DNA from: Raillietiella orientalis | Lineage: Eukaryota | Assembly: GCA_036172245.1 (NCBI GenBank) | Contig: JAYWIR010000003.1 | Location: 62,001-126,000 of the forward strand | Length of the DNA: 64,000 nucleotides | Direction: 5' to 3' | Part shown: positions 11,601 through 24,832 of the stretch, piece after piece | How the letters are laid out: each line of letters opens with the position of its first letter | Position numbering within the stretch: position 1 is the first letter of the stretch | Translations under genes and position numbers: made by a program | Notes under the pieces: generated by a model | The model's database searches: none | Seen by the model: only the letters and a program-made list of their open reading frames with translations | What the model was told of the DNA's origin: nothing

Positions 11601-14600
11601 GAGCACCGGAAGTCGAGGTGTCAGAGACGACCTGTGCCTACGCTCACCCGCTCCGACGCCCAGGGGCCTCCCCCCATACGGGCAGATGGCGAGCGGAAGA
11701 GAGGCACAGTAAAAGGGTGGGGGGTTGCCTGCTGTAGCTCCCTTGGGCCACGAGCCTCCCCCGCAAGAGTCAGCGGAGTAGGGGAGGTGACGTGGCTTTG
11801 TCGCATCATCCCGGGTTTGGTGGTCGGTCCGTTTTCCCGTTGTTTTTTTCCCCCGGTCGGATCGGCCCTCGGCGTTTCCCGCAATGGAAGAGGCGCAGCC
11901 AGCGGGCGACGGCGCCGCACAGGGAGCGATCAGGTGCCTTGCCTTCGTCTGCCGGTTGGGTGGCGCGCGCCACGTCGCCTTTCATCTCCCCCTTCCTCTT
12001 CCTCCCCCCCCCCCTTCTGTGGAGACGATGGCGTTTGCGCCAAAGCGCGCGGTGGAGTGCGCGGGTCAGGCACCACGCCGCCCCCGGAAGAAGAGAAGTG
12101 GAAAGCTTGCGCACCGGGCATCCCTTTGGCACGCAGGGAGGGTCACGTCAGCTTTCTCGGCCTGGAGGAGGGGGAAGGAAGCGGATCTCTCCGCATCCTC
12201 CGCCTGTGCGCGGAATACCTTAGCTGCCACGATCGGTCGGGTCACAGAAGCCCTCTGGCTGCTCCTCATGATGCCTGCGCCGGTGGGTACTTCGGGAACG
12301 AAAGTGCCGTAGTGATGGAAACAAGTGCCGAGGTCCATTGCTCTCTTCCACCAGCGTCGAGAGCATGTGGCACGTGGCGGAGCTCCACGCAGGCGCGTAC
12401 CGCCGGCGACTGCGCTCGGGGGAGGAGGAGGGCGCAGCTGGCAAGGGAAACTTCGCTCCAGGCGAGCTCTGAACGCGAATCTTCAGCTCTCGAGCGTCTC
12501 CAGATAGAAAGAGGGAGGAGTGGATGATGGTGCGCGGGACAGGAAGACGTTCTCTGGAGCGGATGATGGCGCGCCTCCCCGAGGGATCGTCCTCCTTCCC
12601 GCTCACCGGCCCTCTCGCAGCAACCCCACGGATCAGCCAGACGACTGTGGAGGCAGCCGGGGAAGGAGAGCGGTGGCGCGAGACCACCGATGGCCGCAAC
12701 CGGTTGGCTCTGTCCCAGAATCACACGGTGCGCACCCCGCTTCCGCACGCTCGGAGCCCCCATTGGAGTCACTGGGTCTGGCAACTCGGTGGGATCATGT
12801 CGGCCGCCCCAGCCCTGGTCTTCTCATCCCACTGTGGGAAAGGAAGTCGCTGGAAGTGGAGGAGTTCCGCTAAATGTCGGGCCCGGGAACTGGGGGGGAA
12901 GGAGCTCGCTCGCTGCGCTCTCTGGACTGGGACAGGGTTGGGGCGCCCGGCGCAAAGCTCAGGACACTTGTGGGAGGGGGGGCTGAGTGAAGAGTTGGCA
13001 GAGTCTCCGCCTCCACCGAAGCCTCGAGAGCGACCGTAGATCGGGGGACTGCTATGGAACGAAAGAGGGAAGGGGAGGAGGCTCCTCCGCTCCCGGGGGA
13101 AGACACAGACGGTGGAACTATAGCTCCAGCCGCTTCTGCTTCCGGAGCTGAGGATCCTGCAGATCGATCCGTTCTCCTGGATACGCGAGCGGGAAAGGAC
13201 GGGATGGGCGGAGGGAGCCGTGCAGACAAGGGAGAGGCTGGGAACTTCCCGTTGCCTCTGAGTCCCCCGTGGACGCTCGACGATCTTCAAATGACCGCCA
13301 CACGCTCTGCGCCACAATTGACACATGGAAGGGGTGGAGACGGAGGAACTGGTTCAGCGGATGATGATGCCTAGCGAGGTAGAAGAGAGCACCCTTCTTC
13401 TCCGCCTGCTCCCCCTCCTTCTCCTCCCTTTCCTCTCGTCCCTCTCTCCCGCCCTTTTTTTTCGCAGGGCCCTGCATTGAGGGAGATGCAAAGGGAGGGA
13501 GAACAGACCGGCCGAGGTCCGGTCCTCTGGTCGGCTATTTTTGGCTTCCCGGGACTCCGGACCGACGATGAGACGAACCCCTGGGGAGGGAGGAAGATAG
13601 GGACGGGTCCGTCGAGTAGTTAGGCGCCGAAAGCGTGGCCTCGTTCCCCCCTTTTTTCGCAGGAAGGGTCGCCTGTCCTCCGCGATGTCCCGCCCTGCAG
13701 TTCCACGTGACCTCTTTCCTTTCGTCCCTCCACCGGGGAAAATTCGGAAGCGCCCCTTCAGAGTTCTCTTCAGAGGAGCAAACGGAGAGCGGTTCCCTTC
13801 CGGGTTCCCTTTGGAGAAGAAACGAAGAATGTTGCCCCTCTGGGAGTGCTCTCTGGAGAGAGAACGAGCTATAGTGGTTCCCTCCGGGGTTCCCCTCCCA
13901 AGCGTGAGAGGAACGGACTCCTTCCTCTTGAACCCTTCCTGGATTCATAGGGTGGTTTCCTCCCGGGGTACCCCCATCTTGAGGAGTCACTGCACGCACC
14001 CTCGGGCGGCATGAAACCGTGCCACGGAGCTACGTGGGCCGCCGCCAGGCGCACGACGGTCCTTGATGTACTCGGTGAAGGAGGAGGCAGTGAGGAATGC
14101 TGCGGCCGGATGCTCGCGCGCGCCGCCGCAGGAGAGGGGAAGCTGGCCAATGCGGGTGGATCCCTGCTGCGACTCGCTCACGCGGCGGCCGCAGAGGCCT
14201 CGGGAGACGGGGTCAAGCGATGAAGACGACGACGTGCAAGGCGTCAGGCGCAGAGAGAACGTGCCCGTTGCCTCCTGGGGGGAAAATCCAAAAGAAAAAA
14301 GGGGCGGCCCGTGCTTGGTCTTCTTCGCTTGTGGCCGTTCGCGAAGGGCAGGCGGAGAAGGAGGGTTGAGTTGGTGCTCCCCAGTGCTCTCGCTGCATTC
14401 CTCGCTATTCCGCTCCTTACCGCGCTGCCCTCTTTGCCTCATCCCTCGACGGCATCCCGCGGCGTGGACTTCTCCCCTTCGGCAGAGCGAGAGAGTGCGA
14501 GGGAAGAGGGACCACGGATCTTCACAAATCTTCCCCTCTCCCGAGGTCAAGACCGGCTCTCCAATCCTTCTCTGCCTCTTCCCAGATTCATGAGGGAGCT

Positions 14601-17600
14601 GAACAACCTGAAGAAGATGGCCGACTACTCCAGCTGCGACGCCACCAACCTCAACCACTTTCTCCGGCAGCTGGGCGTCGAGTTCTCCGTGTACACCTAC
14701 CAGCTCCTGAAAGCGGGCATCCACAAGGATGCCCTCCAGTTCATGAGGGAGGAGGCCTTTCTCGTCCAGTGCGGCGTCAGCAACACCATCCACCGCGCGC
14801 AACTTCTGGACGCCATCCGAAGTAAGGAGGGGACGGGAAGGGGTCTAGGAAAAAAAGGGACGGGGGAAGGGAGGATCCGGAGAGAACAGGCGTCCTCGAG
14901 CTCTTCGTCTGTTCCCAGATGAGGTCTCCTGCAAGATGTTGTCGGAGGGGACGCCGAACAAGACGCTGGACGTCTTCATCAGCTACCGCCGCTCGAACGG
15001 GTCTCAGCTCGCCAGGTGGGTCGTCTCCTGGGTGCGGTCCTCCCTCTCTCTTTGAGCGCGCACTGGAAGAGCGAGGGGGAGGGGTGGTGGTGGAGAAAGG
15101 CGCTTTCCCAGTGCTTGCTGACGCGTCTTTGGGCACTTCGACGGGAGCACGGGTTCCGCTGGACTCCGTCTTCACTCCGCCACCATCTTTTTGCGCCGGA
15201 GCCCCCGTTCTCCCGTCGGACCGGCTGGGGTGAGGGAGTGGGGGGATGAAGCCATGAACTCTTCGGCGGCGGCTTCCGATGAGCCACGCGTTGAGCAGCC
15301 TTCGTTCTTCGTGGAGTCCAACAAGAGAACTCCCCCGGACCCTTGCCCCGATCGCATCTCCCCCTCCCCCCCCGAAGAAGGTCTCTGCCGTCGCCTGCTC
15401 TCCTTCAGCGACGAGGCGACCAATCAGAGGGCCGAACGAGACCAGACGGATTTTCTCCGGCCCTCTTCAGGGAAGACGGTGATGGGACTGGACCTCGTCG
15501 CAGATCTCAGCTCCGCACCGGAAGCAGATCAGATCGTCCTTCGCTTCTCCCTCCCCTCTCTTTGCTCTCCTGTTGCTCTCCTTGTTCCCTGGACTCCATC
15601 TCCGTCCTCAGGGCCGCTCTGAGGCCTTAAGACACAATGCTGCCGTCACGCAGTTTTTTTCCTTATCCTCGCAAAGAACCAGCAAGCCGTGGTGCCCGAG
15701 GAAATATCGAGAAACATTAGACAAAGAGTCAGAAGGCTAAGAGAGGACGTGCTGATGGCCGACCCACCCTCCCCCTTGAAAAAAAAAAGAAACTCATCAG
15801 GATGTGGTTACGGGGATGTCGGGAATGCAATCTTCGTGCTGTGCGCGCTTGCACTCTGAAGAAGTTTCTCTTGACCGTCTCCGACCGCGCGAGCGCTCAA
15901 CGCTCCTGCTGTGACTCAGACGGATCTCTCTCGATTTGCCACTCAAACGGTCGCATCCGCTAATCCTGGAGACCGAGAATCCCAGTGTCCTGCGTGTCGC
16001 GCTGATGCGGATCCTTCTAACGGCCGTTGCCTTGCATTTCCGACGGGAAGCCCTGCGTACCTCCGTCCGGAACCCGCCTGCCACCTCGAATCCGACCTCG
16101 ATCGCCCGCTGCGCTACACTCTTAGACGCGCTCTTTGTGCGGAGCTCCGAGTCCTCGTTCCCATCAACTCCTCGACGTATCCTGTTTCTCGGGATTGCTG
16201 CAACCAACGAACCAAGGTGGAACCAAGGAACGGTGGCTACCGCTCCTCATGAAGCTACCGCTCAGCCTTAAGACACGATGCTTCCTAAACAAGATGTGGG
16301 CTGTTCAGGAAGTGCCATCACCTCACGCGCTTCCTGCTTCCCCTGTTTTTTCCCGCAAGGCTCCTTCGGGGTTTTCTGAAATTCTCTCCCACTATCGATG
16401 CTGCTGAATACTGTCAAATCCCCCCCCCCCTTCCTCCTCCTCCTCTTTTTTTTCTTTCTCTGCGCAGCATCTCCATTCCGGTCTCACCAAGTCACCGAGG
16501 GACCGAGACGAATCCGTATCAGCAGTGAGCTCCTCAGTTCCCCCTTAACGGGAACATTACTTTTCACTTTTTCTTGCAAACATTCCATCAGTTTCGCCAA
16601 GCACCGAATACCTTCCTTTGTGCAGTCGGGAGAAGTTTTCCTTCGCTTCTTTTCCTTCTTTCTTTTTTTGTCCGAGATAATTAGGGATTGCATAAATCGC
16701 AGATGAGTTGGGGGGGGCGGGGGGGAGGGATCGTAAAACCGAATTGCCTTCCCTCCCCCCCCCCCCTGCCTTCCCTTTCCGAAATCAACGAGCAGCAGCA
16801 TTTTCGAGGACGGAATCTTTGGATTTTTTTCCCGTTTTGTACGTGCTATCGTTAGCAGCATTCACTCGAAGTGACGACCCACGAGCTCGCGCCATTCTTA
16901 ATCCCCTCCTATTCGTGTCCCTATTAATAGACCGCGCCCCCACCATTGTCAATCGCAATCTGTTTATATTATAGGTAGTCTTAATACGCCGCAGCCGCCG
17001 TTGTCGAATTCTTCCGGGCGATCCTTCGCATCGGCTTGCTGACGAGGAAACTCCGTCCAGGGAGAGCGCGAGCGTCGCGTGCAACCGTTGTGCCATCCGT
17101 GGCGGTTCGGGCGGAGGCCACCCGCGGACTCGCGGTGAGGCGCAGTGAGCCTCGGCAGGGAGACGTTCCGTCTCGAGCCCTCGGAGGTGCCTTCTGCCCT
17201 CCCACGGCACGGCGAACGGAACGCTCCTTCGGATTTTCTTTTCTTCTTTTTTTTGCGCCCCGCAGGCTGCTGGGCAGAAGCGACGACTACGCGCAGTTGG
17301 GAGTTTGATAACCTCAGGAGCATTGGGAGCGCTCTCCTCCCTCCTCCCTTTCCTACGTACTCTCCGAGGTGCCCTGATTTCCAGTTCGGCTTCGGGGCCG
17401 TGCTTTCGTTCGAGAGTGCTCCTGTTCTCCAGCCGCTTCCCTCGGCTCCCTTCAAGGTGTGCGCATCGTCGTGACGGGCCCGTGGAGCTCTTCCACCACA
17501 AGAGAGGGAGAGAAGGGAGTGCTCTCCTCCTCTCTTTCTCGCGTTTAAAGCGCTCTTGCCGAGATTTTCTTTTTTGCTCCTTCTCACGTGTGCTCCTGTC

Positions 17601-18914
17601 ATTACTCTTTGTCGTATTAACTGACGCTTGCGTATTTCGGCCCCGTCTCTGTGGCCGTCCAATCAAATGGATTTGCGAAATTCGGTGCTTCGATTCCGAC
17701 GGCGGTGCGGAAGCGCGAATGCGACGGAGCGGTGGGCGTTGGGATGCGATATAGCGTTTCAGAGAATAAGACGAAACATCCATCAGGGGAAACGTCCTGC
17801 CAACCGGTCACATGGGATGATGCGTGCTATCAATGACTTTGGGGTCCGCAGCCACGGAAGAAACAAATAGAATAGAATTGCGTGTGAGGCAGCACGCGAC
17901 AGCAGCGCAACTCGTGATGACATGTCCGCTGCGTCCGTCGCAGCTGCTTCTCAGTGTGCGCGTCTTCGAACTCCAGGAAGAACGTCTGACGTTCGGCGAT
18001 CAGCTGGGAGTCTGGACAAGCGATGAAGTTGTGGGAATCATCTGACGGATGTGGAAAGTGATCACATATCTTCATATGTGGGAATGAAGATCGGATTGTA
18101 GCAAGGCCTCTCCATGGCAACTTCCGTATTTCCTGCGCCCAAGCAGAAGCGCCTGCTGGCAGAAGCTCGCATCTGCTTTCGTTTCCTTTTTCTGATTTGT
18201 TTTCGAACCAGGGATGAAAGTTTCTCGGAGTTGCATGTCAGTGCAAGGATCGGAACTTTGAGGATATTCTGGGACGACTTCCAAACACGAGATCCGAACC
18301 GACTTTCATCTCGCCACGTGTGCTGCTGCTCCTTTCTCGTGGCTGACGTCACCGATTACCGCCGAGGTCTAGGGAAGATTCGAGAGTCCCTACGCGTCTT
18401 CGACGGAGAGAGAACGCACGTAGGTCGGCATGCACAACGCCGCGTCCGGGAGCAGGGTGGTCGCGTCCGCGCGCAGCCGAGGAATGAGAGATGGTTAATC
18501 CGCCGCCAACCCCGGGACGCGGTTTTCCGATCAAACACCGCAGAGCACGATGCGCACAGAGGCATCTGGGTGTGTTCGTCACTAGAGAGCTCGGGGGGGC
18601 TCCGTAGACCGGAGCCGTGGGTTAGTCTGAAGCAGCTGGTGTCGGCCGTGCCGATGTACGGTGGGGGCACACCCTTCCGTATTTCATCCTCCAAAGCGCT
18701 GACTGCGCTTAAGCGTCACTGTAATGCTGCAGTCCGAAGATGCGTGGGGATTTCTTCAAGTCCTACTCGAAGGACGTGGGAGTACAGTTTGGGTCCTCCA
18801 GGATGCCCGGGGGACACGCGAACGATAGAGCAACAGTGCAGGGCTCGACTTCGGGCATTTCCTTTTGCATCCATCCATCCTTTTGCATTCGATCACTACG
18901 TCACGCTCCATTCC

Positions 18915-18980
<66 letters not shown>

Positions 18981-19851
18981 TTTTTAACGGCAACAATTGG
19001 ATGGGCCCCTCCATCCAATTGTTTCCGATTGGATTGTTGTCCAATTGTTGCTCGGTGAAATGGCAGCTCGAATTTCGGATCAGAGGAACTCTTTGCCTCG
19101 AGGGCGGGAGGGCAAACAGAGACTGAGATCTTTCCGGGGCTCCGCCCCTGGGCGACGTGAGGGAACGCCCCCCTCGCGCGCGCGCCCGCCCAGTTTCTGA
19201 CGGCTAGTTCTCCCCACGTAGCCTCCTCAAAGTGCACATGCATCTCCGAGGATTCAGCGCCTTCATCGACGTCGAGAGGCTGGAAGCGGGCAAGTTCGAC
19301 AACAACCTCCTGAACAGCATCCGCCAGGCGAAGAACTTCCTGCTGGTGCTCACGCAGAATGCCCTGGCGCGGTGCGTCGGAGACGTGGAGTGCAAGGACT
19401 GGGTCCACAAGGTGAGGGAGGAGTTTCCGTCGCCCCCGCCCGATGCCGCCGCTCTCATCCCTCAGGAGATCGTGACAGCCTTGCAGACGGGGTGCAACAT
19501 CATCCCGATCCTGGACAACTTCCAATGGCCCGACCCGAAGGAGCTCCCGGAGGACATGCAGGCGGTGTGCTTCTTCAACGGGGTGAGGTGAGGAACGATC
19601 ACCCGCGTTCCCGGTTTTTCCTCCAGGACCCCCACCACCTTCCTCCTCCCAGGTGGATCCACGATTATCAAGATGCCTGTGTGGACAAGATCGAGCGGTT
19701 CCTGTCCGGGGAGACGAGCAGCAGGCCCCTGGGCCGGATTTCCGGGTGCTCCGCCAAGGAGGAAGGAGACTGCGCATTCAGCCCCGGGCAGCCTGGAGCC
19801 GCCTCCTACAGCAGGACGCACAGCCACGAGTCCAGGGACTCCAGGGAGTGA
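2611..19851 (+). CDS. SARM1: SARM1/Ect4-like NAD+ hydrolase (N-terminal extension, ARM, SAM, SAM, TIR), spliced, about 1065 aa
   Basis: Hand-built exons with GT-AG introns and consistent phases: 2611-2943, 4077-4505, 7944-8195, 8252-9466, 9579-9703, 14586-14821, 14919-15015, 19222-19411, 19466-19587, 19653-19851 (TGA). SARM motifs: ARM 'ANLALHGG', 'WLFPLAF', '[15 protein letters not shown]'; SAM '[15 protein letters not shown]', 'GILRKRFMREL'; TIR '[21 protein letters not shown]', '[13 protein letters not shown]', 'KDWVHKEIVTAL', 'LPEDMQAV', 'WIHDYQ'. The 5' end is uncertain: ATG 2611 follows an in-frame TAG at 2512, but an in-frame acceptor at 2541 or later ATGs (2671, 2878) are possible. 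Confidence 0.95.
2990..3800 (+). mobile_element. tRNA-derived SINE, near full-length copy 1 (SARM1 intron 1)
   Basis: B-box-like GGCTCGATTCC at 3051-3061. Body aligns by eye with copies at 13.7, 32.2, 32.8 and 55.1 kb. Contains about 40-bp internal subrepeats. Confidence 0.7.
13690..14045 (+). mobile_element. Same SINE family, 5'-truncated copy (SARM1 intron 5)
   Basis: 'aaattcggaagcgccccttcagagttctcttcagagg...cctggattc...cttgaggagtcactgcacgcac' matches 3411-3720. Confidence 0.65.
17750..18850 (+). mobile_element. Highly decayed I/Jockey-type LINE RT in SARM1 intron 7
   Basis: 'TSCQPVT' (SYRPISL-like), 'LVADV' (FADD-like), and 'LVSAVPMYG...[17 protein letters not shown]' (post-RT helix pattern). 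Confidence 0.45.
18916..18985. repeat. (TG)n microsatellite followed by poly-T
   Basis: Read directly from the sequence. Confidence 0.95.
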
Positions 19852-20251
19852 AGCCTTCGATCCGGGAGGGTGCACGTGCACGCGTCCTCGCCGGAGGTCG
19901 CTGAGAGCATCGTGGCGGCGGACCGAATGGGGACGACCCACCCCCCTCCCCCACTTCCCGGCGGGACGGATGACCTTTGACCTGGAGCGTGCGGGCGCGC
20001 GTTTCCTGCGGGCCCACCGAGGCCCTGCGGCGCGCGCCTCTGGCCCCCGATCGAACTCCCTGGTTCCGCAGCGACCCGCCGCCTCCCCTCCCTGCTGCGG
20101 GTAGAACGGGCGGGGAACACTCCCGAGCAGGTGGAAGGAGGAAGAAAACAAAAAAAAAAAAAAAGGAGCAGCGTGCGCGTCCCCGAGAGGTCGCGTAGCA
20201 ACTGCTGAGGGGAGAATCCCGCCTCGTGTGTCGCAGAGTATATTTATGTAC

Positions 20252-20257
20252 AATAAA
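20252..20257 (+). terminator. Probable SARM1 polyadenylation signal
   Basis: AATAAA preceded by TGTA, in a small AT-rich island about 400 nt after the SARM1 stop within otherwise GC-rich DNA. Confidence 0.6.
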
Positions 20258-22074
20258 ATACGAACGGGAAGGCGTGAGATTCCAGGATGCACTCCCGAAT
20301 GGAGGCGCCGCCCCCGCAAAGCGGCCTGAAAAGCGCCGGGAAACGGCGGGGGAGAGGGAAGAGGACAAGGCCGGGATGCCGGTGCTGGCGAGAAGGCGCG
20401 CATGTTTCTCGGCTCCCTCGGACACTTTCTCCACGCCCTCAAGGGGGGAGCGAGGGTCCCCGCTAAGTACCTCAAAGCCGGTCGCGTGCCTCGCGGCACA
20501 CGTAGCTCTTTAAACACACTGTTTTGTTTCCACGCCTCTCCCGTTTGACAACCCCGCAGGGGTGCGTGTAATTCTTTGCCCTTCAGGGCGAGGGTCCGAC
20601 GGAGTTGATTGTGGCGTATCCCGAGAAAGCTCCAGAGCAGCGCGGCTGCTTCCCGGCTCTTCTGAAGATCGGGCAGCATCGCTTCGGCCCGCAGAAGGTC
20701 CCGGAACGGCAAGAGGGTGGGGAGAGACCGGCCCTACGAAGCCGGAGGAAACGCACGCGGCCACGTCGCCTTGGTTACCAGGAGGCGGGGCAGGGGGGTG
20801 ATGGACTGAGAGGAAGGTCCGAGCCAGCCACCGCCGGTCAGCGAAACGCAGGCTGCCGTGGGGCTCTCTCGCCTGCATGGGCCGGCGGAGGCGGCCCGCC
20901 CGAGGTGCAAGGAGGAGCGACGAGGGCCCTCTCGCCGTCGTCCTCCGCGTGTGGAGCGCCCCGCGTTCCCCGCGCAGAAGCCGGCGGCTGCATCGCTTTG
21001 CGTCAGCTCTCGGACTTCCCTCGGCTCTCTGCCAAGTCTCTGCGCGCCAGCCCTTCCCCCTTTTCCCTCCTCTCCCTTCCCCCTTCAGCTCCCGAGCGAC
21101 CTCCGGAGGTCCACGGCTTCTCTCCTACCCTCACAGTTGTCCGGTTCTGTTGCGAGTCGACCTTTCCGGATCGCCACAGCCATCGGCTCTGGCCTCCTGG
21201 TTGACCTCATCCCGAACCCCGAGAGCAGGGCGCTGGACGAAAATTCCAGACGTGGCCCACAGTTGGGCGACGATTTCCCAGCTGTGGGCGATTCCTGGTC
21301 CGAGGCCGACCCATCGCTCGTCGTCCCCTGCCTCCAGGCTCCCTCTGGCTGCCGGACGCCTTCCTGCAGCTCCTCCCTCTACCTACCCGCGAATCGGTTC
21401 AGCTGACCCGGAAACACCGGACGCCCTTGCCCCGGGGGGGCACGGGTCGGATGGACTAGCGACCAGGACAGCCTCGGGGTCGCGCGCTCGGCCGCTCCGA
21501 GAACCTCCACGCTTCCAAGAAGCGGCCGGAACCGCCGGCCTTCCTTGGCGCGACGCGCACGGAGCACTTTGCATCCCGCTGACGACAGGCGGTGGTGGTG
21601 ACCTTCGGTCCTGGATCGCCGTCGGCGTTGTCTCCGCTTGCGGTGCGAGCCGTACGCTTGAAGCGGCCGGCCAGCCGCGTCCCTCGGCAAGGCTTCCTGC
21701 ATGCCTGGCACCGGGGTTTCCCCGGGGGACGGGGGTTCTTGGGACTCGTGCGGCCCCGCTGGAAACACCACCAACACCCCTCTGCTTGGCGTTTCCGTGG
21801 CTACGGTCCCTTCTGTTCGTTCTTCCGGTTCTCGTCCAGCGCCGTCCTTCCGCCGCTTCGGACATCCGCTGCCATCTCGGGGTCCGCTGCGGAGAAGGCG
21901 CTTCCACCCGTCCCGGCCGCTGCTGCACGAGCCGACCACCCCGGTGGTCGCTTCCCACGCCCTGCGCCGGACCGCCGCTTCGTCCTTCAATCTGCCCGGC
22001 TCAACAGGATTGGGTTCGAAACCCGGCGCGGCGGAACCCCGGACGATCATGAAAAACCGCACGTTTCTTACGTC

Positions 22075-22800
22075 ACTACTAACATATAGGTTAATGCACG
22101 CCTTCATTTCCACATACACATTCATTAATAATATATGTTAATGAAATACACAATATATAATAAACTGTATTACATGTATAAAATACATTTGATGTGTGTA
22201 AAATACAAAAAAAATTAAATGCATACAAAATAAAAAATATATGTAGAATAAAATATATATACAATATAATAAATATCATATAAAACATATACAAGATATA
22301 AAATGTACACAAGATATATATAAAATATATGATCTACACATTATTAAATATATATAAAATATATCATGCCATCTAAAATATATGCAAAATGTATGACACA
22401 TATAATATTAAACATATATAAAATGCATGAAATATGAAACATATTGTGCTATAAAATACATATACTATGATACATATAATACTAAATATATCTGTGAAAT
22501 ATGTAAAATGCAAAATATAAAATATATACAAAATGTAAATATGTGCAAAATATAAAATACATGCAAGCTATATATATATTATACAAAATACATAATATAT
22601 GTATACTTCGACATATATAATATTGAATATACATAAAAGTTATGATACAAAATATATAAAATATGTGCAATGTATATAATATATGTGTAAAATATATGTA
22701 ATATATAGAAAATATACATAATATATGTATGTTTATTGAGGATTATAAGATATACTGGCATATCTTTTTGTATGTAGTAAATATGTATTAAATGAAGGTG
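22075..22800. repeat. AT-rich degenerate (ATAT/AAAATAT) simple-repeat island
   Basis: About 700 bp of near-pure A/T low-complexity sequence inside GC-rich DNA. Confidence 0.9.
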
Positions 22801-24059
22801 TGAACGTTGAACTGGGAACACGTATTCGTCCAACCATCAAAATGCCCAACGATAAAAATCCCAGAATTTATCTTTCACTGAGGAAGTCCCATCCCTCGAT
22901 TGCCGGAAGTGACAGGGAAACCGCACGCAAAATTTCCTCTCGCGGCTTCTTTAATTGCTTTTCGTTTCACCCTGCTGTTGCCGACTCTCACCATAAGCTT
23001 TTCTATTTTCTTACAATCCGATATTTATACATTCATTTGATATATATGTATTGTACACATAAATATATGCACAAACGTATGTTCAGATATACATAACAAA
23101 CATATATATATATATAGAATGATCCTTTGATCGGCGGCCTGGTCAAATCTTCCCGGGAGATGGGCTGCAAGAAGGGAAGCCCATCGCGCGTGCCGACGGT
23201 GAGTCACTTGGGATTCATCACTCGCACTTTGCCGGAACACTTACTATGAGAATAACAGAAGCACAGTATCCGTGTTTTGTCCTGTGGTGAACCGATCGGT
23301 TCACCAAGTTAGTCCAACTTGTCTGCCACCGGTCTGGAGAACGGAGAGGTCCATTTCCGCGGCAAAGGGAAGGGGAAGGCAAGAAACAAATAAAAGTGAA
23401 AAGAGGGGAGGAAGATCTTTCTTGGGGGTGGGGGAAGGGGGATCACCGATCGCCTGGCTACGTTGTCTGCTTCCTTTCCAGGACTCCACAAGTTGCGTTC
23501 TCTCATTGACCAGGTGGAGCTATCTGGATGAGGTCCTTAGATCCGTGTCCGGTGGATGGAGTCCCTGCCATTCTGGCCTCTCCTTGTCACGTTCTCCTTG
23601 ACAGCCACGATTCCGCGAATGCAGCAGAGAACTGCCAGTGTGGCTGCTGGCTGCAGAGTGGCACGCATGAAAAGGCGCCTAAAAATGTCCCTGAGGCTGC
23701 CTTAGGGAATATCTAGGATCGTCGACCGACGTTCCCGGAGGGGTCGAAGGGCGGCACAGGTGCTGAAAGGTCTCTTTGTCGCTGCGCCTTTCGCAACGGT
23801 CACCCACACTCCCCGTGTCCGGTGAAGGAGGCTTGCTTTTCATGGGATTCCCCCATGCAACACCGGCAACGCCGACTCCTCCCACTCGAGGGGGAGTGTC
23901 GCTGTTCCAGCACTCTGGGGGCCATTTCACCCCCTCCGGAGGCATGTCGAGCAGCTCTTCCGCAGAGTTGGAATCCTTGGGGGTGGGACACTCTGGATCG
24001 CAGATTCCGTGATCTCCCGAGTTGTCCACGCGCTTAAGCGTTTTTTTCTACCTTGAATG

Positions 24060-24560
24060 AGGCAGGTTACTTCCCATGTTGCCGGGAGGTCGCTGTCCCT
24101 AGCTCGCTTGGGGCGTGGCACTGCCTCGCATCCTAAACCGCTGCATGAGGCACTTACCCCTATTCATGGCTAGTCAGGATGCCGCCGCAGCTGGAAGGCT
24201 CCAGAAAGCTGCGACCACGGCCGCCGGATAGGCTGCGGAATTGCAACCGGCGTCAGCGAACCAAGGTGTCCCTAACGCGGATCCCACCTGCTCGAAGTCC
24301 TGCTGCTGAGGAAGGGCGATCGATTGGTGGTGCTCGACGCTGCCTTGACACTGGAAAATAGGGAGGAGGGATTGATCACCGCCAGGAAGATAGAGGGGAA
24401 AAAAATGGAGCACCAGGACGTTGCTCTGCAAATTCCCCGGAGGGGGGCATGCAGGCAGCCCCAGTCCATGCATGCATCTCTGGAGAGCCCCCAGGTTCCC
24501 AGTGGTCAGCTGTGGGTGACAGTGGATCGCAGGGACTGAGCGTCCCGCGACTGCATGCGG
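24060..24560 (+). mobile_element. Degenerate NeSL/Utopia-like RLE retrotransposon C-terminus
   Basis: 'LPRILNRC' (ETLPHILNHC-like knuckle) followed by 'LVVLDAALTLENREEGLITARKIEGKK' (D..FEN...AR..K..KY RLE motif). Confidence 0.55.
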
Positions 24561-24832
24561 GGGGAGAAGATGGGGGGCAGCTCGTGGTTGCCTCGAGTAT
24601 TCCGCTGCTGCCTCCATGTTTGCAGGACGCATAGCCTGGGGTATCCACCCGATGACATCTCCAGCCTCAGGGCAACTTGCAGGAAGATGTTGAGGATGGG
24701 CAGCATTCGGAAGACGACGGTGTGACCCGGGACGGGAAGACCCAGAAAGGCGAAAGCATTGTCATTGAGGAATCTGCTCCAAGCAATTTCGTGAAGGCAG
24801 GGCGAAGGACAGGAAGATGACAGGAAGATCAT
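24506..24832 (-). mobile_element. Possible L1/Tx1 ORF2 3'-end fragment
   Basis: 'NIFLQVALRL' resembles 'IRFLQIALRW' at the end of the 59-61.6 kb element. Short match only. Confidence 0.3.

Noticed and set aside
22013..22024. Isolated B-box-like GGTTCGAAACCC
   Set aside because: No A box and no homologous repeat body were found in the window.
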